Below are positions 40,501 to 50,136 of a DNA stretch of 64,000 bases, piece after piece. The notes beneath the pieces are model-generated. The model made no database searches, was not told the origin of the DNA, and saw only the letters and a list, made by a program, of their open reading frames with translations. The DNA comes from Heterodontus francisci (Eukaryota): contig NC_090380.1 in NCBI RefSeq assembly GCF_036365525.1, forward strand, positions 17,608,001 to 17,672,000, written 5' to 3'. Each line of letters starts with the position of its first letter. The first letter of the stretch is position 1. Position numbers and translations under genes: made by a program.

Positions 40501-42905
40501 AGGGAGTACTGCACTGTCTGAAGCGCAATCTTTCGAATCGGACACTAAACCCCAACCACCCTTTCAAAAGAACCTATGGCATCCTCCCAAAGAAAAGTAT
40601 GAAGTATCCTCAATGATCTGGCCAATATTTATCTCAGTCAACATCAAGGGCAATTAGGGATGGCCTAGACAGCAACGCCCAAATAACATCACCATAACAA
40701 GTTATCTGGTTAATTATCACACGGCTGTTTATGGGACCTTGCTGTGAGCAGGTTGCCTGCCACATTTCCTACATTACAACATTTACTACAGTTCAGAAGA
40801 ACTTCATTGGCTGTGAAATGCTTTAGGGCATCACAAGGGTGTGAAAGGCACTATATAAATGCAATTTTTCTTTTACCCTTTACATGCAACATGTGCTAAG
40901 TGCGCCTATAAATCCCATCATACAATCCCGATGCGATACACTAATCCATGAGCAAAATAGGATCATTTTGCATCAGTTTTGATCCAAATATTAGTTTGAT
41001 AGGCATGCATTAGCAGACAAACTGTTAAAGTTGCATCATTACTTTAAAAAGAACTCCTACCAGTTTGTATTCCCTCAATTCTCTACCCTTCCATCTCTAC
41101 TGAAGGTGTTCACTCTCACCGTCTTTCAGGCACCTACTGGTACCTTACCCAAGTGCCAAACGTACACTGCTAGCCTAAATATTGAGTGCAGCAAGGTTAT
41201 TCATTCATTAGATGATGAGAGTCACAGCTAAATCTGGTCTGTCCCTACCTGACATCCACATATCGATTTAAAGTGGGAATCACTGACTAACAATCAGGAG
41301 CAGGAACTCTGACTTGTATCACCCTTCATTCCTAACCTATGAGTGCCACAATGGCTGAGACCAACAAACGCAGTACAGACCAGGAGGTGGAAATCAAGCT
41401 TGGGGTTTCCTACTGCCCAGACATCAGTTGTCCACTGGGTAACTGGCTCAGCCAGGGGAGGAGGTTACTCAATGTTACTTTTGGATAGTATTAGTCCATG
41501 CCTTGAAAGAAAAATTAAGCACCATCTTGCACTCAATATTTAACTTGTTAAAAGTGTGCATTTCATTTCAGAAGTGTAAACAATTCGAACAGTTCACTGC
41601 AGCAATTGTCCATTAACAAAAGGCCTGCAGTGGGTATGGTGTCAACTACAGATTTGAGACTGATAAGGAGGGATGGGGGGGAAAGAGAATGGGGGGAGGG
41701 ACGGGGAGTTAACAGGGGGGTGACGGGGGAAGGGAGGGGGCGACGGGGGAAGGGAGGGGGCGACGGGGGAAGGGAGGGGGCGACGGGGGAAGGGAGGGGG
41801 CGACGGGGGAAGGGAGGGGGCGACGGGGGAAGGGAGGGGGCGACGGGGGAAGGGAGGGGGCGACGGGGGAAGGGAGGGGGCGACGGGGGAAGGGAGGGGG
41901 CGACGGGGGAAGGGAGGGGGCGACGGGGGAAGGGAGGGGGCGACGGGGGAAGGGAGGGGGCGACGGGGGAAGGGAGGGGGCGACGGGGGAAGGGAGGGGG
42001 CGACGGGGGAAGGGAGGGGGCGACGGGGGGGGGAAGGGGGCGACGGGGGGGGAAGGGGGCGACGGGGGGGGAAGGGGGCGACGGGGGGGGTGGAAGGGGG
42101 CGACGGGGGGGGGAAGGGGGCGACGGGGGGGGGGAAGGGGGCGACGGGGGGGGGGAAGGGGGCGACGGGGGGGGGAAGGGGGCGACGGGGGGGGGGAAGG
42201 GGGCGACGGGGGGGGGGAAGGGGGCGACGGGGGGGGGGGGAAGGGGGCGACGGGGGGGGGGGAAGGGGGCGACGGGGGGGGAAGGGGGCGACGGGGGGGG
42301 AAGGGGGCGACGGGGGGGGGGGAAGGGGGCGACGGGGGGGGGGGGGAAGGGGGCGACGGGGGGGGGAAGGGGGCGACGGGGGGGGGGGGAAGGGGGCGAC
42401 GGGGGGGGGGAAGGGGGCGACGGGGGGGGGGGGGGGGGGGAGAGGAGGCGACGGGGGGGGGGGGGGGGGGAGGAGGAGGAGCTTTGCTCCACTAGCCTGA
42501 CGAGACTCTGATATCTGAGTCGGCGGAGCCTGTCCTCACTCTCCCCGCCCCCAGTCCTAGCTCCGGCAACGTGGCAGCCGACACCCGGGAGCAGCTGGAG
42601 GCCGAGGCCCCGGCGCCGCCTCCCCGCTAGTGAGGAGAGGCCGCCCGTCAGCCTCACCCCGGGCCGAATGCTATCCGAGCCGCGGTCCCTGATACCGGGA
42701 GCCAAGGCCTAACGGCGCCTGCCCCGTTCCCCGGGGCCCCGCTCACCTCGGCCGGTAAAGGCGTGTTGTCAGCGGCGGCCCGGATCTCGGCCACACTGTG
42801 CCGCTGGGTGTCGGTGAGCGGGGCGCTAGGCTCCAGACCGCGCTCCCACAACGACAGCTTCTCCCGGCTCCGCTGCTCACTCCCATCCGCAGCAACCTCC
42901 GCCAT
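1367..42905 (-). CDS. COG3: COG3 (conserved oligomeric Golgi complex subunit 3), coding exons 1-13, partial (3' exons lie left of the window)
   Basis: 13 exons with GT-AG ends join to 1473 nt (491 codons) in one open frame; translation matches vertebrate COG3 throughout ([64 protein letters not shown]). Confidence 0.97.
1627..2001. mobile_element. ~375-bp palindromic non-autonomous element with a hammerhead-like motif (probably Penelope-derived)
   Basis: Long inverted arms centred near 1795 (e.g. GCTGATTGGTTGGCAAGTGGACTCTG / CAGAGTCCACTTGCCAACCAATCAGC); motif at 1945-1980. Confidence 0.65.
2010..2670 (+). mobile_element. RTE-group LINE 3' fragment (degraded)
   Basis: [18 protein letters not shown]...[13 protein letters not shown]...[13 protein letters not shown] is the RT thumb/C-terminal region of RTE-like elements. 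Confidence 0.75.
2794..2933 (-). CDS. COG3: COG3 exon 12 ([46 protein letters not shown])
   Basis: tgtag|T acceptor, AATG|gtaggt donor, 140 nt. Confidence 0.96.
3035..4780. repeat. 35-bp minisatellite (GAGGAGTTGGATTGTATGGACTGAGTTKACCCAGY), about 50 copies, in COG3 intron 11
   Basis: Direct reading; period of 35 checked at 3321/3356; both ends degenerate. Confidence 0.96.
6913..7004 (-). CDS. COG3: COG3 exon 11 ([31 protein letters not shown])
   Basis: tctag|GTT acceptor, GA|gtaagt donor, 92 nt. Confidence 0.96.
7270..8745 (-). mobile_element. CR1/L2-group LINE, RT to 3' end, frameshifted
   Basis: [49 protein letters not shown]; the 3' tail recurs at 15440-16190 and 50140. Confidence 0.85.
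9300..10470 (-). mobile_element. L2-like LINE fragment
   Basis: [28 protein letters not shown]...[18 protein letters not shown]. Confidence 0.75.
11395..11865 (+). mobile_element. CR1 LINE 3' fragment
   Basis: [11 protein letters not shown] / [10 protein letters not shown]-type CR1 C-terminal motifs. Confidence 0.7.
11979..12105 (-). CDS. COG3: COG3 exon 10 ([42 protein letters not shown])
   Basis: attag|G acceptor, CTG|gtatga donor, 127 nt. Confidence 0.96.
14126..14966 (-). mobile_element. Penelope-like element: GIY-YIG C-terminus plus terminal repeat, 11-bp TSD GCATATGGGAT
   Basis: LGDRFAGHL...PVACHFN...[20 protein letters not shown]; TSD at 14115-14125 and 14967-14977. Confidence 0.88.
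14187..14223 (-). ncRNA. Minimal type I hammerhead ribozyme motif in a Penelope terminal repeat
   Basis: AGTT-CTGATGA-CGGGTCACTGACCT-GAAAC-ATT-AACT: stem I, CUGAUGA core, stem II, GAAA, short helix III. Confidence 0.7.
15440..16190 (+). mobile_element. 3' part of the same CR1/L2-group LINE family as 7270-8745
   Basis: Nucleotide and peptide similarity to the reverse complement of 7270-8020. Confidence 0.75.
16603..18240 (-). mobile_element. CR1 LINE ORF2 (RT domain to 3' end), relatively intact
   Basis: ORFs 17021-18253 and 16648-17247: [65 protein letters not shown]. Confidence 0.93.
18920..18963 (-). CDS. COG3: COG3 exon 9 ([15 protein letters not shown])
   Basis: cacag|TCT acceptor, GA|gtaagt donor, 44 nt; phase fits exon 10. 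Confidence 0.93.
19840..19920 (-). CDS. COG3: COG3 exon 8 ([27 protein letters not shown])
   Basis: gacag|GAC acceptor, CGG|gtaagc donor, 81 nt. Confidence 0.96.
21281..21406 (-). CDS. COG3: COG3 exon 7 ([42 protein letters not shown])
   Basis: tccag|CCT acceptor, AGG|gtaaga donor, 126 nt. Confidence 0.96.
21570..22460 (-). mobile_element. L2-like LINE fragment hosting a V-SINE
   Basis: CADDTRLY...[15 protein letters not shown]...NLGVTFD; a GVPQG-type motif lies on the other side of the SINE. Confidence 0.8.
21972..22320 (+). mobile_element. tRNA-derived V-SINE (elasmobranch HE1-like)
   Basis: GGCACAGTGGCGCAGTGGTTAGC A-box head, central CTCCGGTTTCCTCCCA V-domain, CR1-like tail GGGCCGAAGGGCCTGTTTC, A-rich end. 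Confidence 0.85.
22742..22834 (-). CDS. COG3: COG3 exon 6 ([31 protein letters not shown])
   Basis: cctag|AAA acceptor, CAT|gtaagt donor, 93 nt. Confidence 0.96.
24259..24333 (-). CDS. COG3: COG3 exon 5 ([25 protein letters not shown])
   Basis: aacag|TCG acceptor, GCA|gtaggt donor, 75 nt. Confidence 0.95.
25400..25790 (+). mobile_element. Deu-domain SINE (SacSINE1-like); related copies at about 20565-20745, 39745-40200 (minus), 40470-40870, 59145-60050 and 61825-62215
   Basis: Shared GGATGYAAAAGATCCCATGGCACTATTT...CTGGCCAATATT core recalled from DeuSINEs; tRNA-like head. Confidence 0.7.
25936..26382. repeat. 34-bp minisatellite (GAGGAAAACTGCACCAGAGATGGTGCATGGCCGA), about 13 copies, each with a TGCACCA-GAGA-TGGTGCA hairpin
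   Basis: Direct reading; near-identical units with no spacers. Confidence 0.96.
26550..27220 (-). mobile_element. CR1 LINE 3' fragment with an inserted SINE tail (26591-26665)
   Basis: [34 protein letters not shown]. Confidence 0.8.
27566..27731 (-). CDS. COG3: COG3 exon 4 ([13 protein letters not shown]...EQLLREQ)
   Basis: cttag|A acceptor, CAG|gtagga donor, 166 nt. Confidence 0.96.
27800..28425. mobile_element. Penelope fragment in inverted arrangement: minus-strand GIY-YIG C-terminus, then plus-strand terminal repeat with hammerhead variant at 28326-28362
   Basis: Matches 14500-14680 and the reverse complement of 14126-14400; GCCCAGGATA duplicated at the junction. Confidence 0.8.
29218..29279 (-). 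CDS. COG3: COG3 exon 3 ([21 protein letters not shown])
   Basis: tgcag|TTC acceptor, AG|gtacat donor, 62 nt; read by hand, too short for the ORF track. Confidence 0.95.
29523..30389 (-). mobile_element. Non-autonomous Helitron derivative retaining the PIF1-like helicase C-terminus
   Basis: [26 protein letters not shown] and [10 protein letters not shown] motifs; 5' A|TC terminus at 30389; subterminal hairpin near 29533-29551. Confidence 0.75.
31500..31646 (-). CDS. COG3: COG3 exon 2 ([13 protein letters not shown]...KIETAQQ)
   Basis: atag|TTG acceptor, CAG|gtacgt donor, 147 nt. Confidence 0.96.
31880..32225 (+). mobile_element. tRNA-derived SINE with LINE-shared 3' tail; related copies at 50140-50540 (minus) and 23600-23960 (minus)
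   Basis: TGGCATAGTGG A-box and GGTTCGAATCC B-box; tail AATTAGGGATGG...AATAAAT shared with the 7270 LINE family. Confidence 0.75.
34080..34455 (+). mobile_element. CR1 LINE 3' end
   Basis: [14 protein letters not shown]...[13 protein letters not shown]; (CTATGA)n tail. Confidence 0.85.
35347..35705 (+). mobile_element. tRNA-derived V-SINE (HE1-like), full length
   Basis: Near-identical to 21972-22320; (CTAAA)n tail. Confidence 0.87.
36280..37319. mobile_element. Non-autonomous hAT (Charlie-like) DNA transposon with 8-bp TSD GTCTAAAG, containing a CR1 3' fragment (about 36505-36713)
   Basis: TIRs CGGGGTGTCCAA / TTGGACAACCCTG; identical 8-mers at 36272-36279 and 37320-37327. Confidence 0.85.
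38374..39084. mobile_element. Probable old MITE (PIF/Harbinger-like)
   Basis: Degenerate TIRs GAGCTGGATTTTGTAGT / ACCGCAAAATCCAAGCC with AAT on both flanks. Confidence 0.45.
41715..42478 (+). repeat. G-rich minisatellite (20-bp CGACGGGGGAAGGGAGGGGG about 15 times, then variable CGAC(G)nAAGGGGG units), G-quadruplex-prone
   Basis: Direct reading; source of the spurious Pro-rich and Gly-rich ORFs. Confidence 0.95.
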
Positions 42906-42995
42906 TCCGTTCCGGGTCTCCCCAACCCCCGGGCATGAACCCGGAAACACTCCAGCAGCTGAGAGACCTCCCACAGCAGGAGCACTGACGTCATG
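42480..42995 (-). promoter_or_regulatory. COG3 CpG island and proximal promoter, with perfect CRE TGACGTCA (42986-42993) and ETS-like CCGGAA (42941-42946)
   Basis: High GC/CpG density around exon 1; motifs seen directly; the transcription start cannot be determined from sequence. Confidence 0.65.
42747..42905 (-). CDS. COG3: COG3 coding exon 1 ([53 protein letters not shown])
   Basis: ATG at 42905-42903, donor GAG|GTGAGC, 159 nt; similar to human N-terminus AREKLALWDRRPDTTAPLTDRQ; lies in a CpG-rich island. Confidence 0.92.
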
Positions 42996-45900
42996 ATCAT
43001 CACTGGGAGCAAGGACATCAAGATCAACACTGGGAGCAAGGACATCAAGATCAACACTGGGAGCAAGGACATCAAGATCAACACTGGGAGCAAGGACATC
43101 AAGATCAACACTGGGAGCAAGGACATCAAGATCAACACTGGGAGCAATGACATCAAGATCAACACTGGGAGCAAGGACATCAAGATCAACACTGGGAGCA
43201 ATGACATCAAGATCAACACTGGGAGCAAGGACATCAAGATCAACACTGGGAGCAAGGACATCAAGATCAACACTGGGAGCAATGACATCAAGATCAACAC
43301 TGGGAGCAAGGACATCAAGATCAACACTGGGAGCAAGGACATCAAGATCAACACTGGGAGCAATGACATCAAGATCAACACTGGGAGCAAGGACATCAAG
43401 ATCAACACTGGGAGCAATGACATCAAGATCAGCACTGGGAGCAAGGACATCAAGATCAACACTGGGAGCAAGGACATCAAGATCAACACTGGGAGCAATG
43501 ACATCAAGATCAGCACTGGGAGCAATGACATCAAGATCAACACTGGGAGCAAGGACATCAAGATCAACACTGGGAGCAAGGACATCAAGATCAACACTGG
43601 GAGCAAGGACATCAAGATCAACACTGGGAGCAAGGACATCAAGATCAACACTGGGAGCAAGGACATCAAGATCAACACTGGGAGCAAGGACATCAAGATC
43701 AACACTGGGAGCAATGACATCAAGATCAACACTGGGAGCAAGGACATCAAGATCAACACTGGGAGCAATGACATCAAGATCAGCACTGGGAGCAATGACA
43801 TCAAGATCAACACTGGGAGCAAGGACATCAAGATCAACACTGGGAGCAAGGACATCAAGATCAACACTGGGAGCAATGACATCAAGATCAACACTGGGAG
43901 CAAGGACATCAAGATCAACACTGGGAGCAAGGACATCAAGATCAACACTGGGAGCAAGGACATCAAGATCAACACCAGGATCAACACTGTCAGCACTGAC
44001 ATCAAAATCAACACTGGGAGCAAGGACATCAAGATCAACACTGGGAGCAATGACATCAAGATCAACACTGGGAGCACTGACATCGAGATCAACACTGGGA
44101 GCAAGGACATCAAGGTCAACACTGGGAGCAAGGACATCAAGATCAACACCAGGATCAACACTGTCAGCACTGACATCAAGATCAACACTGGGAGCAAGGA
44201 CATCAAGATCAACACCAGGATCAACACTGGCAGCACTGACATCAAGATCAACACTGGGAGCACTGACATCAAGATCAACACTGGGAGCAAGGACATCAAG
44301 ATCAACACCAGGATCAACACTGGCAGCACTGACATCAAGATCAACACTGGGAGCAATGACATCAAGATCAACACTGGGAGCAAGGACATCAAGATCAACA
44401 CCAGGATCAACACTGGCAGCACTGACATCAAGATCAACACCAGAATCAACACTGGCAGCACTGTCATCAAGATCAACACTGGGAGCAATGACATCAAGAT
44501 CAACACTGGGAGCAAAGACATCAAGATCAACACCAGGATCAACACTGGCAGCACTGACATCAAGATCAACACCAGGATCAACACTGGCAGCACTGACATC
44601 AAGATCAACACTGGGAGCAATGACATCAAGATCAACACTGGGAGCAAGGACATCAAGATCAACATCAGGATCAACACTGGCAGCACTGACATCAAGATCA
44701 ACACTGGGAGCAATGACATCAAGATCAACACCAGGATCAACACTGGCGGCACTGACATCAGGATCAACACTGGGAGCACTGATCAAGATCAACACCAGGA
44801 TCAACAGTGGGAGCACTGACATCAGGATCAACACCAGGATCAACACTGGCAGCACTGACATCAAGATCAACACCAGGATCAACACTGGGAGCACTGACAT
44901 CAGGATCAACACTGGGAGCACTGACATCAAGATCAACACCAGGATCAACACTGGGAGCACTGACATCAGGATCAAGACCAGGATCAACACTGGCAGCACT
45001 AACATCAAGATCAACACCAGGATCAACACTGGGAGCACTGACATCAAGATCAACACCAGGATCAACACTGGCAGCACTGACATCAAGATCAACACCAGGA
45101 TCAACACTGGGAGCACTGACATCAAGATCAACACTGGGAGCAAGGACATCAAGATCAACACTGGGAGCAATGACATCAAGATCAACACTGGGAGCAAGGA
45201 CATCAAGATCAACACCAGGATCAACACTGGCAGCACTGACATCAGGATCAACACTGGGAGCAATGACATCAAGATCAACACCAGGATCAACACTGGGAAC
45301 AATGACATCAAGGTCAACACCAGGATCAACACTGGCAGCACTGACATCAAGATCAGCACCAGGATCAACACTGGGAACAATGACATCAAGGTCAACACCA
45401 GGATCAACACTAGGAGCACTGACATCAAGGTCAACACCAGGATCAACACTGGGAACAATGACATCAAGGTCAACACCAGGATCAACACTAGGAGCACTGA
45501 CATCAAGATCAACACCAGGATCAACACTGGGAACAATGACATCAAGGTCAACACCAGGATCAACACTAGGAGCACTGACATCAAGGTCAACACCAGGATC
45601 AACACTGGGAGCACTAACATCAAGATCAACACCAGGATCAACACTAGGAGCACTGACATCAAGGTCAACACCAGGATCAACACTGGGAGCAATGACATCA
45701 AGGTCAACACCAGGATCAACACTGGCAGCACTGAAATCAAGATCAACACCAGGATCAACACTGGCAGCACTGACATCAGGAACAACACTGGGAGCACTGA
45801 CATCAAGATCAACACCAGGATCAACACTGGGAGCACTGACATCAAGATCAACACTGGCAGCACTGACATCAAGATCAACACCAGGAGCAACACTGGCAGC

Positions 45901-48900
45901 ACTGACATCAAGATCAACACTGGGAGCAATGACATCAAGATCAACACTGGGAGCAAGGACATCAAGATCAACACCAGGATCAACACTGGCAGCACTGACA
46001 TCAAGATCAACACCAGGAGCAACACTGGCAGCACTGACATCAAGATCAACACCAGGAGCAACACTGGCAGCACTGACATCAAGATCAACACTGGCAGCAC
46101 TGACATCAAGATCAACACTGGCAGCACTGACATCAAGATCAACACCAGGAGCAACACTGGCAGCACTGACATCAAGATCAACACTGGCAGCACTGACATC
46201 AAGATCAACACTGGCAGCACTGACATCAAGATCAACACTGGCAGCACTGACATCAAGATCAACACTGGGAGCAATGACATCAAGATCAACACTGGGAGCA
46301 ATGACATCAAGATCAACACTGGGAGCAAGGACATCAAGATCAACACCAGGATCAACACTGGCAGCACTGACATCAGGATCAACACCAGGATCAACACTGG
46401 CAGCACTGACATCAAGATCAACACTGGGAGCAATGACATCAAGATCAACACTGGGAGCACTGACATCAAGATCAACACCAGGATCAACACTGGCAGCACT
46501 GACATCAAGATCAACACTGGGAGCAATGACATCAAGATCAACACTGGGAGCAAGGACATCAAGATCAACACCAGGATCAACACTGGGAGCACTGACATCA
46601 AGATCAACACCAGGATCAACACTGGCAGCACTGACATCAAGATCAACACTGGGAGCAAGGACATCAAGATCAACACCAGGATCAACACTGGCAGCACTGA
46701 CATCAGGATCAACACCAGGATCAACACTGGCAGCACTGACATCAAGATCAACACTGGGAGCAATGACATCAAGATCAACACTGGGAGCACTGACATCAAG
46801 ATCAACACCAGGATCAACACTGGGAGCAATGACATCAAGATCAACACTGGGAGCAATGACATCAAGATCAACACTGGGAGCACTGACATCAAGATCAACA
46901 CCAGGATCAACACTGGCAGCACTGACATCAAGATCAACACCAGGATCAGCACTGGCAGCACTGACATCAAGATCAACACTGGGAGCAATGACATCAAGAT
47001 CAACACTGGGAGCAAAGACATCAAGATCAACACCAGGATCAACACTGGCAGCACTGACATCAAGATCAACACCAGGATCAACAGTGGAAGCACTGACATC
47101 AAGATCAACACCAGGATCAACACTGGCAGCACTGACATCAAGATCAACACCAGGATCAGCACTGGCAGCACTGACATCAAGATCAACACTGGGAGCAATG
47201 ACATCAAGATCAACACTGGGAGCAAGGACATCAAGATCAACATCAGGATCAACACTGGCAGCACTGACATCAAGATCAACACTGGGAGCAATGACATCAA
47301 GATCAACACTGGGAGCAAGGACATCAAGATCAACATCAGGATCAACACTGGCAGCACTGACATCAAGATCAACACTGGCAGCACTGACATCAAGATCAAC
47401 ACTGGCGGCACTGACATCAAGATCAACACTGGGAGCACTGACATCAAGATCAACACCAGGATCAACAGTGGGAGCACTGACATCAAGATCAACACCAGGA
47501 TCAACAGTGGGAGCACTGACATCAAGATCAACACCAGGATCAACAGTGGGAGCACTGACATCAAGATCAACACCAGGATCAACAGTGGGAGCACTGACAT
47601 CAAGATCAACACCAGGATCAACACTGGCAGCACTGACATCAGGATCAACACTGGGAGCACTGACATCAAGATCAACACCAGGATCAACAGTGGGAGCACT
47701 GACATCAGGATCAAGACCAGGATCAACACTGGCAGCACTGACATCAAGATCAACACTGGGAGCACTGATATGAAGATCAACACCAGGATCAACACTGGGA
47801 GCACTGACATCAGGATCAACACTGGGAGCACTGACATCAAGATCAACACCAGGATCAACACTGGGAGCACTGACATCAGGATCAAGACCAGGATCAACAC
47901 TGGCAGCACTAACATCAGGATCAACACTGGGAGCACTGACATCAAGATCAACACCAGGATCAACACTGGGAGCACTGACATCAGGATCAACACCAGGATC
48001 AACACTGGGAGCACTAACAACAGGATCAACACTGGGAGCACTGACATCAAGATCAACACCAGGATCAACACCGGCAGCACTGACATCAAGATCAACACCA
48101 GGATCAACACTGGGAGCAATGACATCAAGATCAACACTGGGAGCACTGACATCAGGATCAACACTGGGAGCATTGACATCAAGATCAACACCAGGATCAA
48201 CACTGGCAGCACTGACATCAGGATCAACACTGGGAGCAATGACATCAAGATCAACACCAGGATCAACACTGGGAGCACTGACATCAGGATCAACACTAGG
48301 AGCACTGACATCAAGATCAACACCAGGATCAACACTGGCAGCACTGACATCAGGATCAACACTAGGAGCACTGACATCAAGATCAACACCAGGATCAACA
48401 CTGGGAGCACTGACATCAAGATCAACACTGGGAGCACTGAAATCAAGATCAACACCAGGATCAACACTGGCAGCACTGACATCAGGATCAACACTAGGAG
48501 CACTGACATCAAGATCAACACCAGGATCAACACTGGGAGCACTGACATCAAGATCAACACTGGGAGCACTGAAATCAAGATCAACACCAGGATCAACACT
48601 GGCAGCACTGACATCAGGATCAACACTGGGAGCACTGACATCAAGATCAACACCAGGATCAACACTGGGAGCACTGACATCAAAATCAACACTGGGAGCA
48701 CTGAAATCAAGATCAACACCAGGATCAACACTGGCAGCACTGACATCAGGAACAACACTGGGAGCACTGGCATCAAGATCAACACTGGCAGCACTGACAT
48801 CAGGATCAACACTGGGAGCACTGACATCAAGATCAACACCAGGATCAACACTGGGAGCACTGACATCAAGATCAACACTGGGAGCAATGACATCAAGATC

Positions 48901-50136
48901 AACACCACGATCAACACTGGCAGCACTGACATCAGGATCAACACTGGGAGCACTGCCATCAAGATCAACACCAGGATCAACACTGGCAGCACTGACATCA
49001 AGATCAACACTGGGAGCACTGAAATCAAGATCAACACCAGGATCAACACTGGGAGCACTGACATCAAGATCAACACTGGGAGCACTGAAATCAAGATCAA
49101 CACCAGGATCAACACTGGCAGCACTGACATCAGGATCAACACTAGGAGCACTGACATCAAGATCAACACCAGGATCAACACTGGGAGCACTGACATCAAG
49201 ATCAACACTGGGAGCACTGAAATCAAGATCAACACCAGGATCAACACTGGCAGCACTGACATCAGGATCAACACTGGCAGCACTGAAATCAAGATCAACA
49301 CCACGATCAACACTGGCAGCACTGACATCAGGATCAACACTGGGAGCACTGACATCAAGATCAACACTGGCAGCACTGACATCAAGATCAACACTGGGAG
49401 CACTGACATCAGGATCAACACTGGGAGCACTGACATCAGGATCAACACTGGCAGCACTGACATCAAGATCAACACTGGGAGCACTGACATCAGGATCAAC
49501 ACTGGGAGCACTGACATCAGGATCAACACTGGCAGCACTGACATCAAGATCAACACTGGGAGCACTGACATCCGGATCAACACTGGGAGCACTGACATCA
49601 GGATCAACACTGGGAGCACTGGCACCAGGATAACTGGCACCAGGGTCAACACTGGAAGCACTGGCACCAGGATCAACACTCGGAGCACTGGCAGCAGGAT
49701 CAACATCGGGAGCCATGGCATCAGGATAACTGGCACTAGGATTAACACTGGAAGCACTGGCACCAGGATCAACACTAGGAGCCCTGGCATCAGGATAACT
49801 GGCACTAGGATCAACACTGGAAGCACTGGCACTAGGATCAACACTGGGAGCACTGGCATCAAGATCAACATCAGGAGCCCTGGCATCAGGATCACTGCCA
49901 GCATGTTCAACACTGGGAGCACTGGCACCATGATCAACACCAGGAGCATTGGCACCAGGATTAATACTGGGTGCAGCATCAAGATCAGGATCATCTAAAC
50001 CAGGTTCAGCATCAGGGGGATCTGCAGCAGGATTGGGATTCTCTGCACCAGGAATGCCATTGGGGGTAGAAACTACACCAGGATCAGGAATAGGAGCAGG
50101 GCCAAGATCAGGACCATCTATACCAGGATCAGCATT
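42995..50136. repeat. ~7.1 kb tandem array of a 27-bp unit (ACTGGGAGCAAGGACATCAAGATCAAC and variants) with an optional 12-bp module (ACCAGGATCAAC), degenerating distally
   Basis: Direct reading; unit lengths are multiples of 3, which explains the multi-kb ORFs in four frames; one 2-bp deletion at 44782/44783. Confidence 0.97.

Noticed and set aside
41563-42705. Pro-rich (extensin/formin-like) and Gly-rich ORFs
   Set aside because: Translations of the G-rich minisatellite inside COG3 intron 1.
42993-49998. Plus-strand giant ORFs (INTGSKDIK and TSRSTLGA repeats) and the hydrophobic VLILMS frame as stand-alone genes
   Set aside because: By-products of a 3n stop-free repeat unit; each hits stops in the degenerate flank and the plus-strand frames have no link to a gene structure.
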